From assembly GCA_051294375.1 (NCBI GenBank), contig CM119266.1, positions 19,975,657 through 20,039,656 on the forward strand: a stretch of DNA of 64,000 nucleotides, written 5' to 3'. How positions within the stretch are numbered: the stretch's first letter is position 1; the number at the start of each line of letters is the position of its first letter. The notes under the pieces were generated by a model. The model worked only from the letters and a program-made list of their open reading frames with translations, did no database searches and was not told the DNA's origin. The stretch is from Paraspadella gotoi (lineage: Eukaryota; Animalia; Chaetognatha). This document shows, in pieces, positions 26,551 to 38,400 of this stretch. A program made the position numbers and the translations under genes.

Positions 26551-27454
26551 CTTTAACCAGGCGTGAGATACGAGTTAAATCGCGCATGAATTCTAACACT
26601 TTTCTTGATACGCCGGTAGAATCGGCATCTCTTTGTAACTAATGGGGAAGGGGCGTATGGAATATAGATTCTGTTCGTCATCAAACAGAGTCGCATTGAA
26701 GCGGATCCTGCATCACTCCTGTCTTCCGGGTTAGTGAGTGACCGTGGTAAAGCGTAATATGTTTTGAGCGAGGACTGATAATGTTCTTCAGCTACTGTCA
26801 CAATATTAGAATCGATTAATTGTAGCTTTTGTCAAATCACTCAATTTTCACAATTTTAATGCCGAACTACCCACAAAAACCAAACTTTTTTTCCCCACAT
26901 ACTCACAAGTCCGCTGCCCAAATAAACGGGACGATGTTAAGATGGTCCCGTTTATTTGCCACAACTTGTTTCAATTGCCTTTAATGAATACAGAGTGCAT
27001 CTCCAGGCTAAAAAAAGAAAACAAAAGGTTATGACCGCACTTAAACCTTTTTTTCTTCTTTCTCTCTTTTCTTTTCTCTATTTCCCCCTTCACTCTTTCT
27101 ATCTGAAATTTCCAAAAGTAAAAAATGTCTGCATCAGTATGCAATATGCACTATGCATGCTTGAATAATTCTTTTAAATAATTTAAAAATATTTAACAAA
27201 GAAACGTTTGGAACGAAAAATACATATCAGCACAAAGATGAAAGCGGTAGATAAATAAAAAAATATAAAATATTTAAGTAAACATTTTTTTTTTAAAATT
27301 TAGTTATTTATATCCAGTCAAGAATGATATTGATATAAGTTTTTAAACTTTTTTTTTCTTTTTTTTTTTAATTATTATTACGAAATAAATCCGTCGTAAA
27401 CTCGACTGAGGAAAACGTCATTTTGAATGTTGGAAGCGTTAAACGAAACCGCAA

Positions 27455-29400
27455 TTAAAAAGAAGCGTCGTGCCTTTTGGCAGTTAGTCTGAGGATGAGG
27501 TAAGTGCTAGGCTCATAGTCTCTCCCGGCGCCCAAGTCGTGCCACGTGACCGCCTCGGCGCTGTCACCGGCTCGAAACCGAAGTGGCGGAGCAAAGTCCC
27601 GTCGTCGTCGTGAAAATTGAGCGCCATTGTTTCGATCCAAGCGTTGTCAGTGTTACGAGGATCGTCGACGTAGCTAAAACGTCCAATTAGATTATTAAAA
27701 GGTTCAATTATTAATGATTAATAATTAACTCAATGATTAATCTTATTACAAATACTGTACAGCGCATACCCTTGATAAACTTGAACTCCATGCGCAAAGA
27801 GAAGATCGAGATCTTCTTCCAAAGTCTTCTTCTCGTTGAAGAGAGACTCGAGGTTCCCCATCGCTTCCTCCGTGAATTCCGATTGAAGGCAAAGGTGGAT
27901 CGGCTGGCCGGGGCGTCGAAGTCCCCCTAGGGATTGTCAATTGCATGAATCAACAACAAAAATAGATAAGATATTTTTGGCTCAAAATAAATATTTCACC
28001 GGGTAATCCCCACTTGTCGCTATTCTTGTGTCTTGTTGCGACAAACTGGAGCACCTTTCTTCCGTTGTTAAAAACCTGACGGTTGCATAATCAATGTTTT
28101 AAAACTGAAAGGATGCGAATAAAATATCACAAAAAAAAGTCTCACAAAACGAACCAAGCGGTGAGTTACGGGGTCGCGTTTCCATCGCGTGACGACGGCA
28201 TCGCCAGAAGCGTTTGGCCCCACCGCCCTAAGCAGCCGCGTCCTCTTAATCCAGTTCTACCCTGGGGGTTAATCGGAACGCCTTCTTCGACGCGATAGAT
28301 TCCGGTGTAGCTTCTTCGGTCCACTTCGCACACTTTGTCATATTCGTTGAAGGCGAGAGTAGGTCGTTTCGAAGCAGAGAACCGAAAAAGATTTACCTGT
28401 GAGCAAAATGTATTTCTTAAATGACAAAATGAGTGACAAAATGCTCGAAAATAAATACTTTACAAACTAAATAAAAAAAATTTATATTTAAAATTTACAA
28501 GTCAAAGTAACACAAATGGTATGGTCCTATCCAGAGAAGATCCTGAGAATGAAAATATAATAATTTAAGCCCATTTGATTCCATTCACAATTAAAAAGTA
28601 AAAAGGTAAAAAGGTAAAGTAGAATAACATCTTTAATGTGCATATGTATCATACCATGTAAAGTCACGTGATCACTTATTATAGTCACGCGATCACAAAA
28701 CAAATGAAGGATATTTTGCGTAATATTTGATTGTTTTAGTAGAAATTTTATACATAAAAGATTAACCATAGGTTATCATATATATATTTTATAATCATGT
28801 TGTTACGTAATCCCCCAAAAATAGACATGAGGCGCAAATACATTGAAATTACCGTTCCTGTTTTTATTTATTTTAAAGTTCTAAAGCTTCATGCAAAGTC
28901 GTTGATTAAAGTCAAAACACCTCACCGAATCGGCCCATTTGGGTGGCGGTTTGGCGAGAATGACGGGATCCGTGAAGGTATGGGGATCGTACGAAGGGAA
29001 TGAAGAACTCCAGTCCACGCGATCGTCCGGGATGTAGAAACGGGTGACGTGGGGCGCGCCGGGATACGGTGACGTGCGAGAAAAAAGATGGAAGGAAGCG
29101 TCGAGTGAATGAAACTCGATGACCTAAAAAGTAAACAATTTATTCGGTTCTTTTCATTTTTTTCAAATTTGTCACGTGATGAATTTAATGAACGACGCCT
29201 CACCGACTTGACTTTTTCTTCCGCCTCGACCTTGAGTTCGTGATTTCGGGCGTCACGACACATTGACGCTGAAAAGAAAAAAAAACCTCGCGGTTGTAAA
29301 TAATTGTACACGTTACATTACAATTTATATCAAACAAAATCCCACATGAAGGTCTTTTTTTTTAGAAAAGAAAACCAAATAATTTATTGCCGGAGATGAG

Positions 29401-29469
<69 letters not shown>

Positions 29470-32400
29470 TCTCTCCTCTCTCTCTCTCTCTCTCTCCCTC
29501 CTTAGATCTTTCTTTCTCATTCCTTCTAAAGCAGATTGAGAATATTACTTGATACAAATTTAAAAAGATTTTTAACATGATCCGGAAGGCTCATAATACG
29601 TAAAATGNNNNNNNNNNATGAATCTTTCTTCACGGATGTCAACGCACTTACCGAGCACGTGCGGCATGACGTCGTGGATCTCCCGTTCGTCTACTTCGAC
29701 GAAGAGCCGGTCGGTCCGTCCGCCAGTCGCCGCTTGCAACGCCGCCACGTTGATCTTGGATCCGGCGCCGATGGCGTAGAGGGTCGGTTCGCCGGGAAAC
29801 GTCGTCGTCGTCGTGGGCATTGTCTCGTCGCTCGCCAAATCGGCGGTGATCACGATCGCTATCTGTTTACATTTAGATTTCAGGGATTTAGATTTAGATT
29901 TCAGGGATTTGGATTTAGATTTCAGGGATTTAGATTTAGTTTTCAAGGACTGCGGGGAGAGGCGACAAAACCGCCTCGTTTCTGAAGATCCTTCCCCGTT
30001 GCCAAATTGGTGAGCCCTGCTCTTTAACACGCAGCATACAGAGAAAAGCTGCAGCATGAGCGTCACATGAGGTCACAGAGTCGCCCACCACCGATTTGTC
30101 CCAAGACAGTGCTATTTAAACCCGGCCATTGTCGCCGATGATTCCTTAGCCACTAACCGCCAGTACTGCATTGCTACGCGCGAATTGACGGCGATTCCCG
30201 GTCAAGTGACGCGTTTTATGAGCGAATTAGTGAAATGATCCATCGAAATTACACACTGTGTAATACACAGTATTACTATTAGAGAGTATTTATAAGCCTG
30301 CTCGTATTGAGGCCACGCGTTGTTTAAAAAATTATGCCATTTGTTACCATTGCTAAATATTTCACCTTCGTGACGTGCGGTTCGGTTCTCTTTCCTTGGA
30401 GTCGAGTGAAAAGCCTTTTCACCCGTTGATTTAGCGAATGGGCCGACATTCGCCGTTGATTGTCCTCGGATTTTAAAGATCTTATTTCACGAAGTAGATT
30501 AGTTTTGTCCAAGTATCTTGGAAAAGTAATGAAAGAAGTATATAACCGGATCAATATGGTTTTAAAATAAAAAATGACAATATTTTTTTGTATCAAAATT
30601 TTTGTGTGAATCATTAAATTCGAAATTATAAATACGCTTAGAATCTTAAAAAGATCACGCAAAATTACTCTCAAAAAATTATTTGAAATTAAAAATGAAA
30701 AATTACTTTTAAAAAGTAAATACTTGATACTTTAATTACTTATTAATAGAGTATAATTTTATTTTCAGCTTCCTTTCACTTAAAACGTCAAATCGCAGTT
30801 ATCATTGAGCTTTACTTGTTAAAAGGAAACTCGGCCACAATGTCTTCCCCAAATCTGGCGACGGCCACTTGATTCGCGTCGCGTCCAATTTTCAAGCAGC
30901 TTGTTAAAATAGCAACGAAGTCGATGACTTTGGCAAAGCTATCGGCGCCGAAACATTCGTCCAAGCAAAACAGAAGATCGAATTTATGCCGATGACCGCA
31001 GGCTATAATAAAAAAAAATTTAATATCATGTTTCAGCTCCGTTTAAAGGTAGGTAAAGATGAATTGACTTACCCTTGATCCAAGGAAGTGCCGAAGAAGA
31101 GCTCCTTTCTGAGTCCAATGAATGAGGAATCCTCGTCGAGAGCGAGATTAACGTCTCTTGCACCTGTTGCATCTGCGTCTCAATTCGCGAAAGGCGATCC
31201 GCATCGCCAGCTGACGACTGTGGAAGGAAAAATGCCCGAATAAGGATCTCGTCAAAACATCGCCGTATTGAAACGCTTGGTGATCCATCATTGTAAAGGG
31301 CCGGAATTTTTTTTACCAAATTTACGGTAATTTATTGTAATTGTATGACTCTCATGCACCAGCTATTAGATCAGATCTATCTAACGAAATAATACGGTTG
31401 TCTGTATATCTTGACTCCTTAGATTATTTGTATCCTGAAATTTCTTACATACCGAGCTGTCTTCATAATTTGGTTGAGGGGGGACGTTACTCTTGTCCTT
31501 AACGCGCTCCATATGATCTTCAAGCTTGTCAAAGACCATCTCAACCCTATACACATAAATTAATAATTTTTTTAATGACTCTTCAATAAAGCCCATGAAA
31601 ATTCAACGTCTACTTTTACTTGTTGTTATAACGTCATAAGTTATCACAATCACAATTAGTTGATAGATTAATTTATTGAATGATTTATTAATTGATTGAT
31701 TGATTGATAGATTATATAAATATACTATGTCACCGTTTGGATAGGCCAGTGACTTTATTGTCAATGTTGTTATGAGATTGGAGGATTTTTGCTTTCGAAT
31801 GAGAATCTGCGCAAATTTCTTCCCACATGTTATATTGACGAAGTTCAGATTCGGGAATTCGTAGTTCTGGAAAGAAAATAATTGACGAAGCTATATCGAA
31901 AACAATTAATTAATCCCCGAAACCGTTTAAATGAATAAATCAAAAAAATATCTAGGATATTTTTTTTTTTTTTGGATTTAATCATATTTTACAAATGAGT
32001 AATAATTCAATCGACACGCACTTACTAAAAAATGAAGAGTCATCGCTTTCGTAACAACATTTTTCGGCGATATTGCGATAAAGAAGAAAAAGATGGTAGA
32101 AGACGATGAAAGGCGGCGGGATGGGCGGCTTGTGGAAATATTCGTAGATCAGATGGTATCGTTGATACTTCCAAATCCTGTGGAACATTTTTTTTTAAAT
32201 GAACCTCCAACTTTGTAAAATGCTGTTTGCTGTAGTAGGATTTAAAGAGATAGGTTTGATTCTTGCCTAACCTGTCGGTGTTCTCTTGAACCTTTTCAAA
32301 GGTAAAGGAGAACATAGCAATGAGTAAATTGAGAAGAAGAATGTTGGTAAAAAGCATGTAAATGCCGAGTAGAATGGGAGCGAGGTGTTTACCCCAATCG

Positions 32401-35400
32401 CTGATGCAGCGGACTGGTCCACCATCAAACTCATCCTAAAAAAATACAATAATCTTAATGAGAATCTAAATAAGAAGCCTTTTGTTAATTCAAAATCGAT
32501 TAATTTTTTTTATTAATTAATTATTAAGTAAGTAATTAATTAATTATTTATTTAATTAATTTATTATTTGGAATCTTTACCACAACTCCTTCCATGTAGT
32601 TGGTAGAAACGTTACAGACGCTGTCATCCTTCTCGAGAAATAATTCTCCATATATATTCCAATAGGCCTTTCGCAGAATATTGTTGACAAGCTGTTAAAA
32701 AAAAATATGGAAAAGTAAAAAAAAGCTTGAGAGACGAAAGAAGCTTGATACACAGAAAAGCAAGAACGAGAAATAAAACGGAAGAAAAAACGAAAATGAA
32801 AACGAGGTTAAGGATTATGGTTAGGAATTAGGGTAATGGATTAGGTTATGGCTTTGGTAACAGATTAGAGTTCAATATTTAGGTTGAAATAAAGTTCAGA
32901 GATTATGGAGCAGAAATTGGGCGCTTTTGGAAAAGAGAGCCTAAAAATTAACGTGCAAAAAATTAACTGCAATGAACTGGGATTTTTTTTCTTCGTTTTT
33001 TTTTTATATTTGAATAAAGGACAAAGAGTAGCGCTAGTAATCGTTTAAGATTCTGGCAATCTACGAATTTGACAAAAGAGCAATGCATAGAAACCAAAAA
33101 GAGTTAACAGGTGGGAGAAGGGAAAGAGAGAGGGAGATGGAGAAAGAGGGGAGAGGGGTAAGAAAGAGTGAAAAAGCAGGGCGTTATCCCGAAGGTCTAA
33201 TCAGAAAATCTCTCTCTGTTGAGCGACATATATATAAAAAAAAAAAAAAGAGATGCGACAAGCAAACAGGAAACGACGGACGATAGCGCCGACGATGCTA
33301 TTCTTCGACCAAATCATCCCCACTTGCGACGATAAAAACGATAATATTAATAATAACAAATATTTTAAACTTTTAATCACAAATAAACACCTTCAAGTCT
33401 AGTTTCTCCTCGGGATACAACAACGAATGAGAGGCCACGCCGTAGGCGATGAGAAAGACGACGAGTATGAAGATGAAGAACACGACGTCGTTCATCATCC
33501 TCTTGATCATGACGACTTTCGGGCCGAGATTTTGGTGAACGCTGAACGAATGAAGGAGGCGAACGAAGAAAGTGAACAGAGACAGAGTTAGCAAGACTCG
33601 CGATAGGTTGTGGAGAACGTTGGCGGCTTCTTTTCCCAAAGTCGGGGCCTGCCTGACCCCTCGAAGAACGTAGCCGAGAATGAATGAGCCGAAGGCGACG
33701 ACGTCCACTTGATTCCACTGATCACGCCAGTAAGAATGGAGCTTAGCGTTTAGGGATGAAAGATGATAGCGCTGCGTCTGGATACGGAAGGAAATGGAGG
33801 CAGTCTAAGCAATAAGGATCAGACTTGTTTATCTTCTTATATTTTCATTTAATGGTACTAACATTTTTTTCACGCTCGTTCGTTCAATTCACATACGCAT
33901 TAAAAAATTATCTCACCATTTTTCTTTTGATATGAGATGGAATTGCCTTGTGCTTATCGAAAATCTGAACGTTGAAAAAAATAAATATAAAATTAAATTT
34001 ATATCTTAGTCGTTTAGAGACTAACTTATTCAAGGATCGTTTTTACTATGCCCATGACGCATTAGTATGTAGCTCTAGCTGATTCTCTAATTCGTGGAGC
34101 ATCGTTTCTAATTCGCTAGCGCACCTGTCGAAACTCCTCACATATGACGGTGAAGGTGCTGCCGATGAGGATCCACTCGGAGATCGTGGCGCGTGTCTCG
34201 AAAAGTTCGCAGAGCAACACGTATGAGAAAAGGATGAGGTAAAGTAGATGAAATATCTGGCGGTGAATCAAAAGCTAGAATGTAATAATATTATTATATG
34301 TTGTTTTTTTAATTTAGCTGCAGTTTAAAATTGAAAATTATGAGAATATATATTTTTTTCATTGCTGGTCGCCTCTAAGGAATAGACTTAATTAACTTTA
34401 TTTGTACTTAATTTATTGGAGAAAAAAAATTAAACGAAAACGGTAAGATCAAATACTATAATAACGGCAATATTAGTTCACTTTTGTTTTAAAACTATTG
34501 AAAAAATAACTTTTAAAATATTCAAATGAAAATAATCTTACTCCGATTACACAGATTTTTAGTCGGATCTGCTTATCGCAGATTCAAACTCGATAATTCA
34601 CTTTGCCGGTCTGTCGGTCACACCACAAAATCTTGTCGGTAAATCATTTAGATCATGTCTGAACATTGAATTATATGATAAAAATATGATATATTATTGT
34701 GTATTTCTCTCTTTTCGTTGTATTAATGATTTATGGAAATTATTGTTAAATAAAATCGTTGTAACAGCTAATAAAAAATTTTTTTTCCTTATATAAATTA
34801 TGAAAAAACCAAGATCGGAAATTCAAATGTGTGTTGCGCGGGAGTGACTTTCTTAGCCCATCTTTTACTCTTTGATTTTGAGGTTTTTTTCCTGTCTTGA
34901 CAAATGAGAAACCAACTAGAGGCGAGCTTTGAGCAATGAGCATCTTTAACGTAAGTGGGACAGACCGACGGACAGACATACTGACCAACCGAAAAGCGTC
35001 TTATAGTCATAAAATTGCTCCGCGAGTACTCGCGGCGCAACTAAAAAGGATGTCAGTCTGTCTAACAATTACTCATAATTGGATGGATGGATTGGAATTA
35101 AATTTTTAATATGGGATGGAAAGTGTGTGATTGAGCTGGATATAAAATTTTGAGTTTAAATGGAAAATACTTTGGCTAGCAAGATTATTACGTTTAGAAT
35201 TTTTGCATTATTGATTGACTGATTGAACAACTGATTGATAAATTTTGTTATGGACTTATTAAGAAATTTGTTTATGATTTATTATGTTATGATTATTATT
35301 ATGTAATGTTCATATATTAAAATATTTTTTCACGACTTATTCATCTGATCCGACATTGTTTGTTCAAATTTGTATAAACTTTCTATAACAAAAATCCCTA

Positions 35401-38400
35401 TGTTACATCGCTTTCATCAAAGAAAGACCTGATTAAGAATGAAAATGGTGATGGGCGCGTGATAAAAGGCGCGGATTTTCCAAAGAGGAGCCGGTTTGAT
35501 GAAAGTGAGATCTCTTGGCAGAAGGCTGAGAGACGAGGTTGAATGCGACTCCTGAATTCGAGCTCGACGTCGCCTCTGGATTCAAAATACATATGTCATT
35601 GATAATTGAGAGATTGGTTTTATTTTGGTTTTGAATTAGGATTTGGGTTAAAAATTAAGGATAAAGGTTTAGTCTTAAGGTTTAGGATTAGGTTAGTGTT
35701 TAGTATTAGGGAGATTAAGTTCTAAAAATAGGAAGTTTAGATTAAATATTAAGATTGAAATTAAATTCGGGGATAAAGGAACAGAAATGGGGCGGTCTGG
35801 GAAAAGAGAGCCACGGTTTATAATTTATAACAATTTTTCTGTCCCTTCAGTGTTATCCTTTGAGTTTCTACATGGCCGATAATCTGATAAATAAAAAACT
35901 GTCGAAAAACCATATAATTTATATATTAAAATGGATTTTCTAAATTCCATAAATTCCAGTCAGGCATATATTTAGGAATAAAGGACTGTTTAAAATATAT
36001 TTTCTAAAAATACTTTTTGTTAGTACTAACTTTAATACTTGTTTACTCAATATCAGTTTTACCTTTAATCCTTTACGATTAGGCGGCCGATTATTCTTAT
36101 ATTTCTAATTTAATAAATAGCTTAGTAAATTGTTCTAAAAACAAGTGTTGCTTTGGTCCTTCTTTCTCCACCAACTGTTAAAACCTTTCTAAAAAGGACA
36201 AACCAGAGAATCCTAACTCAGATTTAATTCCCTCTTCCTTCTCCCACCTCAACGAGAAAAATAATTCCTTTCCTAATCCAGCGCAATCTCTATTTTAACC
36301 AGCGTCTCACTTGCTTTGCTTTTATTAAGTGTTTAGTAAGTATAATCCGTGTGTTGTTATTATTTTCCTTTATTTGACATGAATATTTTTCTAATTTCCT
36401 CTCTTAGCTATGGCCTGCCGTCCTATCCCGTTGAAGCCGCCTTGCAAGTACGATGCGGACAAGCTGGAAGGTAGGTCATCGGGTAGTTAATCTCGCTCGA
36501 ACGATATCTTTCACCATACCTCTCTTTACTCGCCCACAGCCTCGCTCCAATTTCAAAACCTATGGACCCCGGATTTGTGCGACGTTCTCTCCGGGAAGAA
36601 GTCGGATCCTGACTCCGTCAAGCGTCACGTGGACATCGCAATCGTGGGTGCCGGACCCGCGGGTCTCATGGCCGCCTACGAGCTGCAGAAGATCCCCGAC
36701 GCAAGGATCGTCTTGTTCGAGCAAGCGGATCGCGTCGGCGGGAGAATTCTCACAGTCGGTAAGTTGTATTTATTCACCCTGTCATTATTTACAATACGTT
36801 TTGTAAAACGTAAATCAGTTACTCCGGATTTGAAAATTTGCTCTTTTCTCCCCTGTTCAGGTTATCACGGCAACTACGAAAAGGACTGCCGTGGCAAGGA
36901 CTACTGGACCAACCAGAAAACCTACGGCGAAGCGGGCGGGATGCGCCTCCCTCTCCCGCCTGAGATGTACATGAAGGCCAAGTACCCCGAGAAAAAGGAT
37001 ATTCTGGAAATCAGCAAATTCACGAACAAAGAGATTGACCTCTTACTCCACGGCAAAGAGCCTTACGATTTCGTCGAAGACAGGGATTTCCCCATGCCGC
37101 TCATCCGCCATTACATCAAGGAAATGCAGATCCCCTGCAAGAGGTTCAACATGAGCGTGGCCGCCGCAGCTGTTGACGTCCAGTTCGGTGATCAAAAGTT
37201 CGATGGTTACTACGTTCGCGGCGAGGATGGTCTTCTATACGACGGGGACCAGAAAAAGCTGACGGACAACGTCATGTCCTTTTTGGAGAAAAACACTTCG
37301 GGCGAGCAGCTCGAATGGCTCAAGAAGGCCGGCGAGCTATGCACTTATTTCGACTTTTGCATCACTAATCGAATCAGGAAGGAATTGCGTCAACTAACTT
37401 CGGAAAAGTGGAACGACTTTCTCTCCGATTGGAACATCACTTACCGAGAGTGCCTCACCCAAGCAAAGAACAACAAGGGAAAGATCGACTTCGACAAATG
37501 GCCCGAAAACATCCTCAATTTTTACGAAGATGTTTACCGCGTGGAGATGGACGAACCCGTGAGCACTTCTATCATCGAAACCGATCTCGGCCAATGGTGG
37601 CAAGATACGGGTATGTTTTGTCCCATGTACGGCATGCACGCCATCTACGAGCAGCCGCCGGCGTCGCGCCCCCATATCGACGAGCCTCCTTCCAAGAACG
37701 GGCCGACCAAGGCCCAGGGCTTCAAGGACAGGCTTAACAATAAGGTACAAATTCATTACAATGGATGCGTGACGGGAGTCTCCAGGGATTCCACTTCGGG
37801 CAAAATCGACGTCACCATCATGGAAAGGCCGCTCTTGAGTTCCTTGGCCTTCGGTAACGAGGAAGTCCACGAATTTGACGCGGTCGTTTTGACCGTCCCG
37901 CCGAAATGTCTGAAGGAGATCAAGGTGAGGAATTTTCCTGGTCTGCCCGACATAGGCGAAATCGACTTTCCCGAGAGAAAGGCTTCCAAGAACATCTACG
38001 AATTTTCCTCGATGTTTTGGAAAAAGGGAGATGGGGAGAGTCACAACCGCGGAGGATTCGAGATGAACGCCCACAATGGATTCGCCACTTCGTCCAAATC
38101 CACCGAGAAGGGCTACTTGTCTCAACTTCGTTACTCCACTCCCGACGAAGGCAACGTCATCATGAATTACGAGTTCGCCAAAAACGCGGAGGTTGCCTCG
38201 CGTCACGACGACGCCACCATCCTCGACTTCGTCCAGAAGTTCCACACCGGCGTCGACGTCAAGGATGCGGCCGTCGTTACGGACAAGGAGAAAACGACGG
38301 TGGGCAAATTTCGAGCGCCGTGGATGCATCTGAGCAGCATGCCCTTCACGCCCGAGCACGTGGCCACTCTCAAGAAGTTCTGCAACTACGGCGACGCTCC

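Noticed and set aside
29572-30066. 164-aa ORF as an independent gene
   Set aside because: Only 29862-29652 is a real exon (VWA part of TRPM2); the KSKSL portion is a 21-bp tandem repeat and the end crosses an N gap.
36759-36860. Oxidase as a single 654-aa ORF from 36575
   Set aside because: The ORF reads through a stop-free 102-nt AT-rich GTAAGT...CAG intron; the real start is more likely the ATG at 36410.
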